From Acidobacteriota bacterium (GTDB lineage Bacteria > Acidobacteriota > Vicinamibacteria > Vicinamibacterales > JAKQTR01), in the NCBI GenBank assembly GCA_026393675.1, contig JAPKZQ010000030.1, positions 12,575 to 76,574 on the forward strand: a DNA stretch of 64,000 bases. Direction: 5' to 3'. Each line of letters begins with the position of its first letter. The stretch's first letter is position 1. The notes under the pieces were generated by a model. That model was given only the letters and a program-made list of their open reading frames with translations, did no database searches and was not told where the DNA came from. This document shows, piece after piece, positions 17,157-25,267 of this stretch. A program made the translations under genes and the position numbers.

Positions 17157-19470
17157 GGCCCATCAGCGCTCTGGTTTGTCGGATGGTCTCGGTGATCTGC
17201 CGGACCATGTCGGTCCGGCCGGTGGCGTTCGCGATGCCGAGCGCCTTCTCCAGACTCGCTACGGCTTCTGCGAAACGGCCTGCTCGGGCGTAGGCCTGGG
17301 CGGCGAGGTATGGCGCGTCGATTGAGTCGGGCGATAGGCGTTCCGCTTCCTGGTACTGCCCGATACCCTCGGCGGTCCTTCCGGCCTCACAAAGCGCGTT
17401 GCCGAAGTTGATGCGAATGCCATAGCTGCCTGGCTGGAGCCGAATCGCCTCGCCGAAGTGCCGAAAAGCCCCATCGTAATCCCGGACAGAGGCCAGTGCG
17501 AACGCGAGATTGCTGTGTGCCGCGGCGTCGTCTGGCTTGATCAGCAAGGCCTTCAGGTACTCCGCAACCGCCTGGCGCACGTCGCCACTCTGCTGAAGCG
17601 CCACAGCGAGGTTGTTGTGAGGGTTGGGAGTGTCCGGCGCCAGGGCAATGGCGCGCCGGTGCTCGATGATGGCTTGGTTCGGCTGGCCAGTCTCCATCAG
17701 GGCCAGCCCCAGATTCGAGTGCGCCTCGACTGATTGCGGCGCAAGCCGCGCCGCTTCCTTGAGGTGCTGGAGTGCGTCGGCCGGTCGGCCCAGGTCCCGC
17801 AACATGACCCCGAGCGCACTGTGCGCTTCGACGTAGTCCGGGCGCAGACGTACGGCCGTTGTCAATTCTTCAAGGGCGGCCTGCTGCTCTCCGGTCTCGC
17901 GGTACGCCAGTCCCAGGTTGAAGTGCGGCTCAGCGTAGCTCGGATCGACGGCAACGGCCTTGAGAAGCACCGGAACGGCGTCGGCTGCTCTGCCGTTCTT
18001 TACGAGGACCGCGCCGAGGTTCTTGTACGTTTCGTCGTAAACCACCTTCATCGGGAGGTGGGTGACGATGGCCAGAAGTCCCGCAGCGGCGAGGCCTGGG
18101 ATCCACTCTCGACTCCAGCCCTGCGGGGAGAGCGGCTGTCGGCTGGCAGGAGGCTTGTGCGCATTCCCGCGCGGTGGGCGTCCACCGACTGGTTTCGGTG
18201 AACTGGCCCGGCGCATGTCTAAGAGGGCGCCCAACCCGGCGGCTGAGAACAGCAGCACGATCGGGATCAGGGGGTGCCGATAGCGAGCGACAACGTAGAA
18301 GGCGGCCACCGCCAGCGCCAGGCTCGCGACCATCCCGTAGAGGATGAGCAGCCGTCGAAACTTCCGGCGATAAATCCAGCCGCCGAGAGCTGCGATCGGG
18401 AGCACGACGCCGAAATTGAGCCACATGAGCCCACCGAGCATCCGAGAGGAGTCGGCATACGCCTCAATCGACTCGGTATCAGGGATCTCGGCCGCGTTGA
18501 GCGTGAGAAGAACCTTCTTCCCCAACAGAGCGAGCCATTGAACCGGTTGGGTGCGGATGAAGGCAAACGACTGGCGAAGCCAATAGTCGGACACCTCGCC
18601 AGGCGACAGTGGCCGGCCGACAGCTTTCGACGCGAGAGCCATGGCGTCAGCGCGTTCGTAGACGGCATCACCACGGCCCGGCACGAGGGATTCGTAGCTG
18701 CCCGAGGCGTGGGCGTTGTTGCCGATGAAGAAATTCGGCCCGAGTTGAGACGTTGACAGCAGGAACTCGCCGCCAACCCAGTGGTTGCGAACGCCCACCG
18801 GCAGCAGCACGACAAGCGTGGCGGAGAGAAACACGGCGGCCCACCCGACCCGGCGCCGGACGGGGACGTCGCGGAACTGGAACAGCAGCCAGGCGGCGAT
18901 CACCGGGTAGAAGACGCCGGCGTTCTCGCGATTGAGCACGAGCGCCGCAGTGGTTGCGCCCAGCGCGATCAGCCACTTCCAGTGAGGCCGACCCTGGAAC
19001 TCGGCGAGCGAAGCGAGAATGAGCGTGATCAGGAAGATGTCGAGCGATGACTTCTGGATCAGCCCATCGAAGAAGATCGCCGGAGGATAGAGCGCCAGCA
19101 GCAGTGCGGCAATCACGCCGACACGATCACTGAAGAACCGGCGGCCGGCCAGGCCGAGCAGGGCGCAGGATGCCGCACCGAGAATGGCCTGGATGATGCG
19201 AACGAGGCCAAGGTTGTGTCCGGCGATCCTGAAGATGACCGCGAGCGCGTATGGATAGAGGGGCGTCTGGTAGAAGACCTCCGTTCCAATCCACTGGCCG
19301 CCCGCCAGTTGTTGCGCCCATTGGTCGTATTGCCGGCTGTCGCCCATCAGGACCGACAGGAGGGGGTTTCCGCTGAGTTCCGCCAGGTACACAAGCCGAA
19401 CGACAAGGGCGACGAGCGCGATCCCAAGCAGGGCCACAGAAGGGCGCATGTGACGAAGGTTCATGTTCAT
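17128..19470 (-). CDS. GT39/ArnT-PMT-like membrane glycosyltransferase fused to C-terminal TPR repeats (780 aa)
   Basis: About 12 predicted TM helices occupy the first ~430 aa with a PMT_2-like layout. At least eight TPR repeats occupy the last ~330 aa. Its 3' end overlaps the helicase 3' end by 29 nt in convergent orientation. Confidence 0.8.
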   Translation of the reverse strand: MNMNLRHMRPSVALLGIALVALVVRLVYLAELSGNPLLSVLMGDSRQYDQWAQQLAGGQWIGTEVFYQTPLYPYALAVIFRIAGHNLGLVRIIQAILGAASCALLGLAGRRFFSDRVGVIAALLLALYPPAIFFDGLIQKSSLDIFLITLILASLAEFQGRPHWKWLIALGATTAALVLNRENAGVFYPVIAAWLLFQFRDVPVRRRVGWAAVFLSATLVVLLPVGVRNHWVGGEFLLSTSQLGPNFFIGNNAHASGSYESLVPGRGDAVYERADAMALASKAVGRPLSPGEVSDYWLRQSFAFIRTQPVQWLALLGKKVLLTLNAAEIPDTESIEAYADSSRMLGGLMWLNFGVVLPIAALGGWIYRRKFRRLLILYGMVASLALAVAAFYVVARYRHPLIPIVLLFSAAGLGALLDMRRASSPKPVGGRPPRGNAHKPPASRQPLSPQGWSREWIPGLAAAGLLAIVTHLPMKVVYDETYKNLGAVLVKNGRAADAVPVLLKAVAVDPSYAEPHFNLGLAYRETGEQQAALEELTTAVRLRPDYVEAHSALGVMLRDLGRPADALQHLKEAARLAPQSVEAHSNLGLALMETGQPNQAIIEHRRAIALAPDTPNPHNNLAVALQQSGDVRQAVAEYLKALLIKPDDAAAHSNLAFALASVRDYDGAFRHFGEAIRLQPGSYGIRINFGNALCEAGRTAEGIGQYQEAERLSPDSIDAPYLAAQAYARAGRFAEAVASLEKALGIANATGRTDMVRQITETIRQTRALMGPTPPARLPS

Positions 19471-19530
19471 GGAGTCCAGCGGACTAACAGCAGGTACCGA
19501 TGCCTGCAGTGTGCCATCAAGTCATGAACA

Positions 19531-19592
19531 GGAAAAGGGGTCGGACCTATTTTCGTTGCCGGCCTCGCGAAAATAGGTCCGACCCCTCTTCC
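19531..19592. repeat. Near-perfect long palindrome/hairpin (25-nt arms with one mismatch, 12-nt loop)
   Basis: Arm ggaaaaggggtcggacctattttcg (19531-19555) pairs with cgaaaataggtccgacccctcttcc (19568-19592). The inner 20 bp are perfect. Confidence 0.85.
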
Positions 19593-19599
19593 CGACCAG

Positions 19600-19628
19600 T
19601 TGACATCCGCGACGGCCGGGCGTATCAA
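19600..19628 (+). promoter_or_regulatory. Sigma-70-like promoter candidate for the molybdenum hydroxylase operon
   Basis: Consensus TTGACA (19600-19605), a 17-nt spacer and TATCAA (19623-19628). This predicts a leader of roughly 105 nt. Confidence 0.45.
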
Positions 19629-19640
19629 TGCGGGTCAGAG

Positions 19641-19712
19641 TAATAACCACTCCCGGAGTAATAACTACTCCCGGAGTGGTTGTTACACGCGGCCTACAAC
19701 AACCACTCCGGG
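19641..19712 (+). promoter_or_regulatory. Structured leader/operator candidate: tandem 18-bp repeats plus a 14-bp-stem hairpin
   Basis: TAATAACCACTCCCGGAG (19641-19658) and TAATAACTACTCCCGGAG (19659-19676) are tandem. The stem cccggagtggttgt (19670-19683) pairs with acaaccactccggg (19699-19712) around a 15-nt loop. It ends 30 nt before the ATG at 19742. Confidence 0.6.
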
Positions 19713-19741
19713 ACGTGGTTGTTACACGGGAGACTCCTGCG

Positions 19742-20218
19742 ATGCGAACGGTAGCTTTCACCCTGAACGGCAAGCCCACGCGGCTGACGGTCGACGAGAA
19801 CCGCATGCTGTTGTGGGTTCTACGCGACTACCTCGGCCTGAGCGGAACCAAGTTTGGCTGCGGCGCCGCCTTGTGCGGCGCCTGCACGGTGCTGGTCAAC
19901 AACGATGCCGTGCGCTCGTGTGCCACGCCGATGAAGGACGTCGATGGCAAGAAGGTCATCACCATCGAAGGTCTCGCCAACAATGTCAAGCTGCACCCGC
20001 TGCAGGAGGCTTTCGTCAAACACCTGGCGTTCCAGTGCGGTTTCTGCACGCCCGGGATGATTCTTGGCGCCTACGCATTCCTGCTCAAGAACCCGAAACC
20101 CACCCGTGCCCAGATTGTTCAACACATGGACGACCACCTGTGCCGCTGCGGCGCGCACGTCCGGATTGTGGCGGCGATGGAGACGGCGGCGGCATCGATG
20201 AACGGGGGCGCGCGATGA
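19742..20218 (+). CDS. (2Fe-2S)-binding small subunit of a molybdenum hydroxylase (CoxS/IorA-like, 158 aa)
   Basis: ATG at 19742 has gggaga upstream. Cysteine patterns GCGAALCGACTV and FQCGFCTPG...CRCGAH are present. The track ORF start at 19628 merely translates the repeat region. Confidence 0.9.
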   Translation: MRTVAFTLNGKPTRLTVDENRMLLWVLRDYLGLSGTKFGCGAALCGACTVLVNNDAVRSCATPMKDVDGKKVITIEGLANNVKLHPLQEAFVKHLAFQCGFCTPGMILGAYAFLLKNPKPTRAQIVQHMDDHLCRCGAHVRIVAAMETAAASMNGGAR

Positions 20219-22389
20219 GCTGGGACGATGACAACGAACTGGTCGTAGACGGCCCGACCACCTTCCCGGTCGATCGGCGCGATTTCCTGAAGCTGACCAG
20301 CACGGGCCTGCTCGTGCTGATGGCAGTCGATCCGGTGCATGGCCTGCAGGAAACGGCCAGACCGCAGACGGGCCGGCAGGGCTACCCCACCGACGTCAAT
20401 GCGTACCTGCACATCGGCGCCGACAACCGCGCCACCTGCTTTGTCGGCAAAGTCGAACTCGGGCAGGGGTCGATGACGTCGCTCGCCCAGTTGCTCGCCG
20501 AAGAACTCGACGTGCCGCTCACATCCGTGGACATCGTCATGGGCGACACGGACGTGTGTCCGTGGGACATGGGCACGTTCGGGTCGCTCAGTATCCGGAG
20601 TTTCGGTCCAGTCCTGCGGGACGCGGGCGCGGAGGCGCGTGCAGTCTTGCTGCTGCTGGCGTCAGAACGCCTTCAGATGCCGGTCGACAAGCTCGCGGTC
20701 AAGGCGGGCGTCGTCTCGGTCGCGGGGGATGCGACCCGAAAGGTGACGTACGGCCAGCTCACCGAAGGCAAGCGCATCGAGCGCAAGCTCGAGCAGAAGG
20801 CCACGGTCAAGCCTGTCGAGGCGTTCACGATCGTCGGGACGTCGGCGCCCCGGCGAGATGCCATCGAGAAGGTCACCGGCAAGGCGAAGTACGCGGGCGA
20901 CATCGTGCCGCCGGGCGGGGCCCTGCACGCCCGCATCCTCCGGCCTCCGGCTCACGGTGCCACGATGACGCAGGTCGACACGTCGGCGGCTGAGAAACTG
21001 CCGGGCGTCCGCGTGATCCGGGATGGCGACATGGTAGCGGTGCTGCACGAACACCGGGACGAGGCGGACAAGGCGCTCGCGCTCATCAAGGCACAGTTCA
21101 CGCGAAACGATCCGCCCGTCGACAACATGACGATCTTCGATCACCTGGTGAAAAACGCGCCGCAGGGTCAGCGTGCGGCGGCTGGCGGCGATGTCGCTGG
21201 TTTCGCTGCCGCCACGGCGCAGATGTTCGAGGCGACGTACCTGGACAGCTACATGGCGCACGCGCCGATGGAAACGCACTCAGCGGTCGCCGCGGTTGAG
21301 AATGGGAAGGTGACGGTCTGGGCGGGCACGCAGACGCCGTTCCCCGTCAAGAATCAGATCATGGCGGCGCTCCGCCTCCCGGCCGACAAGGTGCGCGTCA
21401 TCACGCCGTTTGTGGGCGGGGGGTTCGGCGGCAAGTCCGCGTCGCGGCAGGCGGTCGAGGCGGCCCGGCTCGCCGTGCTGACGGGCAAACCGGTGCGCGT
21501 CATTTTCGGGCGAGACGAGGAGTTCTTCTACGACACGTTCCGTCCCGCTGCGGTGATAAAGATCAAGTCGGCCATCGACGCCTCAGGCGCCATTGTGCTG
21601 TGGGACTACAACGTGTATGCCGCCGGGGAACGGGGCGCGGCGCAGTTCTACAACATCGCCAACCACCGGACGATGGTGTACGGGAGCTGGGGCGGCGGGG
21701 GCGACGCCGGCACGGCCGGCTACCATCCGTTCGCGATCGGTCCGTGGCGTGCGCCTGGGGCCAGCACCAATGCGTTTGCGCGCGAGTCGCACATCGACGT
21801 GATGGCGGCGAAGGCCGGTTTGGACCCGGTCGCTTTCAGGCTGAAGAACCTGACGGACACGCGCATGATCCGCACGCTGCAGGCGGCCGCGAAACAGTTC
21901 GGCTGGACCCCTAGGCCCGGGCCGAGCGGGCGCGGCGTCGGCGTCGCCTGCGGCATCGACGCGGGCACCTATGTTACGTTGATGACCGAGGTTGCCGTCG
22001 ACAAGGCCACCGGCCGGGTGCAGGTCAAGCGGGTGGTGTGCGCGCAGGATCAGGGCGTCATCGTGAACCGGGAGGGATCGCTGCAGCAGGTTGAAGGCTG
22101 CATCACGATGGGCCTCGGCTACACGTTCAGCGAGGAGATCCGCTTCAAGGGTGGCGAGGTGCTCGACAAGAACTTCGACACCTACGAACTGCCGCGCTTC
22201 TCGTGGGTGCCGCGCATCGAGGCGGTCTTCATCGACGCGCCCGACATTCCCGCGGCCGGTTGCGGCGAACCGACGATTGTTCCGGTGGGGGCGGTCGTCG
22301 CCAACGCGATTTTCGATGCGGTGGGGGCGCGCCTGGACCACTTGCCGATGACGCCGGCGCGCGTCAAGCAGGCCATCGGCCGAACCTGA
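20215..22389 (+). CDS. Molybdopterin-binding large subunit (aldehyde oxidase/xanthine dehydrogenase family, IorB-like) with a Tat-type signal (724 aa)
   Basis: Its start overlaps the small-subunit stop as ATGA (20215-20218). The twin-arginine motif RRDFLKL is present, and the length and motifs fit the a/b-hammerhead Mo-binding family. The 929-aa track ORF is an out-of-frame upstream extension. Confidence 0.88.
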   Translation: MSWDDDNELVVDGPTTFPVDRRDFLKLTSTGLLVLMAVDPVHGLQETARPQTGRQGYPTDVNAYLHIGADNRATCFVGKVELGQGSMTSLAQLLAEELDVPLTSVDIVMGDTDVCPWDMGTFGSLSIRSFGPVLRDAGAEARAVLLLLASERLQMPVDKLAVKAGVVSVAGDATRKVTYGQLTEGKRIERKLEQKATVKPVEAFTIVGTSAPRRDAIEKVTGKAKYAGDIVPPGGALHARILRPPAHGATMTQVDTSAAEKLPGVRVIRDGDMVAVLHEHRDEADKALALIKAQFTRNDPPVDNMTIFDHLVKNAPQGQRAAAGGDVAGFAAATAQMFEATYLDSYMAHAPMETHSAVAAVENGKVTVWAGTQTPFPVKNQIMAALRLPADKVRVITPFVGGGFGGKSASRQAVEAARLAVLTGKPVRVIFGRDEEFFYDTFRPAAVIKIKSAIDASGAIVLWDYNVYAAGERGAAQFYNIANHRTMVYGSWGGGGDAGTAGYHPFAIGPWRAPGASTNAFARESHIDVMAAKAGLDPVAFRLKNLTDTRMIRTLQAAAKQFGWTPRPGPSGRGVGVACGIDAGTYVTLMTEVAVDKATGRVQVKRVVCAQDQGVIVNREGSLQQVEGCITMGLGYTFSEEIRFKGGEVLDKNFDTYELPRFSWVPRIEAVFIDAPDIPAAGCGEPTIVPVGAVVANAIFDAVGARLDHLPMTPARVKQAIGRT

Positions 22390-22422
22390 CGCGCGCCGTT
22401 CCGGGGAGGTCGCTCGCGACGA

Positions 22423-22797
22423 CTAGACCTTCGGCCCCCTGACCTCAATCTCGGGGTCAAGCACCGTCTGCCCGTCGAACAGGACGTCGTACTTGTAGTA
22501 CCCGATGTCTGCCTTCTTGGCCTGGTGAATCAGTCCCGACGGAGCCGCGGGATTGAACGTCCTCTCCCTCACAAGCGGCGCCTTGTCAGCACGAAGCAGG
22601 ACATCCGGGGCTGGTTCGAGGCGCCGAAAATTCCCGACCGATACCTTGATGCCGTGCGGGGCGTTCTGCACGTGCCACACGATCTTGTCTCCAACCACGA
22701 CCTCTGCAGGATCCGGGGCGACGTCGATGGCGTACCTCTGGCCCACAACCTTGTTGATGAAGATGGTAATGACTCTGGTGACTCCCTTGTACTTCAT
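22423..22797 (-). CDS. Hypothetical small protein (124 aa)
   Basis: ATG at 22797 has GGAGGGA upstream, and third codon positions are GC-rich. I recognise no motif. Confidence 0.6.
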   Translation of the reverse strand: MKYKGVTRVITIFINKVVGQRYAIDVAPDPAEVVVGDKIVWHVQNAPHGIKVSVGNFRRLEPAPDVLLRADKAPLVRERTFNPAAPSGLIHQAKKADIGYYKYDVLFDGQTVLDPEIEVRGPKV

Positions 22798-22984
22798 GAT
22801 GCTCCCTCCATGTGAGTAAGACCGCTCCAACCCGTGAACAACACCGTTGGTTATCGATTCCCCCGCAACAACTCCACGACCTCAGGCCGCTTCTTGATCG
22901 GATCAAGGTCATCGTCCGATCTCGCGGTCCTCCGGGGTCAGGCTGACGCCGAGCACCGCGCCCACGCGTCAAACGGCAGCCCTG

Positions 22985-23019
22985 GGAAAAGGGGTCAATC
23001 CACGAAGAGTCCTGACCCC
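22985..23019 (-). terminator. Intrinsic terminator of the ornithine cyclodeaminase-family gene
   Basis: On the minus strand the hairpin ggggtca/tgacccc (23019-22991) begins 4 nt after the TGA stop. It is followed by UUUU (22990-22987). Confidence 0.6.
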
Positions 23020-23022
23020 GAC

Positions 23023-24012
23023 TCAGAGCGTCAGCAACGTCCCGAGGTTCTCGGCGACCGCCCGGCGGTAGACCGCATCGGCGGCCATGAGATCCTCGAC
23101 GGCCAGACCGAGCGACTTGAAGACGACAACCTCGCTCGGTCGCTCGCGCGGGATGGCGCGGCCGAGGATGACCTCGCCTAGTTCTCCGCGGACATGATCC
23201 GATCCAAACCGGCCCTCGGCGATCCCCTGCACAATGTCGCCAGACTCGACCAGGGCGGCGTCGCGCGAATCGACGAACAGTCGGCCAGCAGCGACCAGTT
23301 CGGGGTCCATTTCGCGGTGGTCGCGGCGGCAGGCACCCACCGAGATCACCAGGGCACCTGGATTCACCCAGCCCCGATCGATGACGGGATCGGGTGATGA
23401 GGTGGCCAGCACAATGACGTCCGCGCCTTCTGCAGCCGCCTCACCGCCTGTCGCGGCCGTGCAAGGACAGCCTATCTCCGCGCTCAGTTCGGCGGCGCAC
23501 TCGACGGGGTCGCCGACCGGACTCCACATCCTCACATCCCGAAGCGGGGCTCCGGCAGCAGCGATCGCCCGGACGTGGCTTCGTGCCTGAACACCACAGC
23601 CGAAGACCGCAAGCCGGCACGCCGGCCCCGACGCCAGATGGCGAACCGCTACGGCCGACACCGCCGCCGTCCGCGTTTCTGTGATGTAGCTGCCGTCCAT
23701 GATTGACACGAGTTCGCCGGTCTGGTCGTCCATCAGGAGAATCGTCGCGAAGTGGCTCGGCAGCCCGCGTGTGTGATTGCTGTTGAACACGGCGACGAGT
23801 TTTGCGCCAAGCGCGGCCCGAGAGGGGACGTGGGCCGGCATCAGGCCGAGCACGGATCGCTCGGGTCCGACAAACAGGGCCGTTCGGACCGGCTGCACCA
23901 CCTCTCGCGCCGAAAACGCGCGCAGCGCGTCCTCCATCAGCGCGACCAGGTCGACGCCATCGAGCGAACGGCGCACATCGGCCTGGGTCAGCAGGCGGAA
24001 CGGAGACGGCAT
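23023..24012 (-). CDS. Ornithine cyclodeaminase/mu-crystallin family protein
   Basis: It is 329 aa with a Rossmann segment (LAVFGCGVQARSHVRA) and an overall OCD-like pattern (ITETRTAAVSAVAVRHLA). Confidence 0.8.
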   Translation of the reverse strand: MPSPFRLLTQADVRRSLDGVDLVALMEDALRAFSAREVVQPVRTALFVGPERSVLGLMPAHVPSRAALGAKLVAVFNSNHTRGLPSHFATILLMDDQTGELVSIMDGSYITETRTAAVSAVAVRHLASGPACRLAVFGCGVQARSHVRAIAAAGAPLRDVRMWSPVGDPVECAAELSAEIGCPCTAATGGEAAAEGADVIVLATSSPDPVIDRGWVNPGALVISVGACRRDHREMDPELVAAGRLFVDSRDAALVESGDIVQGIAEGRFGSDHVRGELGEVILGRAIPRERPSEVVVFKSLGLAVEDLMAADAVYRRAVAENLGTLLTL

Positions 24013-24127
24013 GTTCGAGGCCTCACCCTTCGACCCGAGTTGTGTTGCGCACTACCCGGCCTTCTCTCAGCCGCAAAACGAGGGCCCAATGTTCCACTGC
24101 CGTCCGCGACCCACGTGAGCTCAGGGT

Positions 24128-25246
24128 TTAGATCGCTTTGTAGAAGCAGCGCCGTCGCCGGTGCTGGCGATTGGTGAAGTGCTTCCACTGCGACTGCACC
24201 TTGTCGTTGGTTTCCAGTTCGGGTCCGGTCTCGGCGTACGTGATGCCGTTTTTCACGGCTGATTTCCAGACCTCGTTGATCAGCACGGCATTGACGCCCT
24301 TGTTCTGCAGGTCCTGCCGCACAGCCGTCAACAGGAGGTCAAGGCGGTCGTTCTTCTTGAGCGCCCGCAGGATGCCCACAAATCCAAATGGAAACAACCG
24401 CCCGCGGCATCGCTGGAGCGCCTTCGACAGCGAGGGCATCGCGACGCCGAACGCGGCGACCTTCCCCTGCTGGTCGAGGATGATCTTGACGTACTGATGA
24501 TCGAGGAAGCCGAAGAAGGCCTTCGTGTAGTACTTGATCTGCTTCTCCGACAGCAGGACGACGCTGTAAAGCTCTTTGTAGGTATCGTTGATGAGGGCGA
24601 AAATGCCATCGACGTACGGGAGCAGATCGCGGCGGCCCTTGGTCTCCACGAGGCGGAGCTTGCAGCGATCGAGCACGATCCGGGCGATGCGGTCGACATT
24701 TTCGGGCATCTCGGCGGGCGCCTCGACCAGGTATTCAACCCAGTCGACGTCCTTGGCGTAGCCGAGTCGCTCCAGGTGGACCGGGTAGTACGGGTGGTTG
24801 TAGATCGTGATGAGCATGTCGAGTTCATCGAAGCCGTCGATGAGCATGCCCTCCCGGTCCATGTCGCAGAATCCCAGCGGTCCGTGCACGCCGTCGAGCG
24901 ACTGCTCTTTTGCCCAGCGCTCGACCGCGCCCAGTAGCGCCGCCGACACCTCCGGATCGTCAATGAAGTCAATCCACCCGAAGCGAGCCCGCCGTTTCTT
25001 CCACGTCTCGATGTACCGGTGGCTGATGATGCCGGCAATGCGGCCCACGGGCTTGCCGTCCTTGAAGGCCATCCAGTAGCGGGCCTCGCAGTACTCGAAC
25101 GCGGGATTCCGATCCCGGCGGAGCGTGTTCAGTTCGTCATCGATGAGCTTGGGCACGTACTGCGGGTGTCCCCGATACAGGCGTTCCGAGAACGTCACGA
25201 ACTGCTTCAGCTCCGATCGCGATTGGACTTCCCTCACGTCGACCAT
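24128..25246 (-). CDS. GNAT-like N-acyltransferase family protein (372 aa)
   Basis: The N-terminal pattern (FVTFSERLYRGHPQYVPKLIDDELNTL..NPAFEYCEARYWMAFKDGKPVGRIAG) is one I recall from a large-GNAT family. I have no database confirmation. Confidence 0.55.
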   Translation of the reverse strand: MVDVREVQSRSELKQFVTFSERLYRGHPQYVPKLIDDELNTLRRDRNPAFEYCEARYWMAFKDGKPVGRIAGIISHRYIETWKKRRARFGWIDFIDDPEVSAALLGAVERWAKEQSLDGVHGPLGFCDMDREGMLIDGFDELDMLITIYNHPYYPVHLERLGYAKDVDWVEYLVEAPAEMPENVDRIARIVLDRCKLRLVETKGRRDLLPYVDGIFALINDTYKELYSVVLLSEKQIKYYTKAFFGFLDHQYVKIILDQQGKVAAFGVAMPSLSKALQRCRGRLFPFGFVGILRALKKNDRLDLLLTAVRQDLQNKGVNAVLINEVWKSAVKNGITYAETGPELETNDKVQSQWKHFTNRQHRRRRCFYKAI

Positions 25247-25267
25247 CAGTCACCTCGTGCAGCCGGG

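Noticed and set aside
19600-20214. The N-terminal 205 residues of the 929-aa track ORF 19600-22389. Comparable upstream extensions occur in ORFs 19628, 36785, 38391, 39574, 58621, 59425 and 61038.
   Set aside because: These extensions overlap the preceding gene in another frame or translate repeat DNA. Internal starts with an RBS, signal peptides or ATGA coupling give proteins of canonical length.
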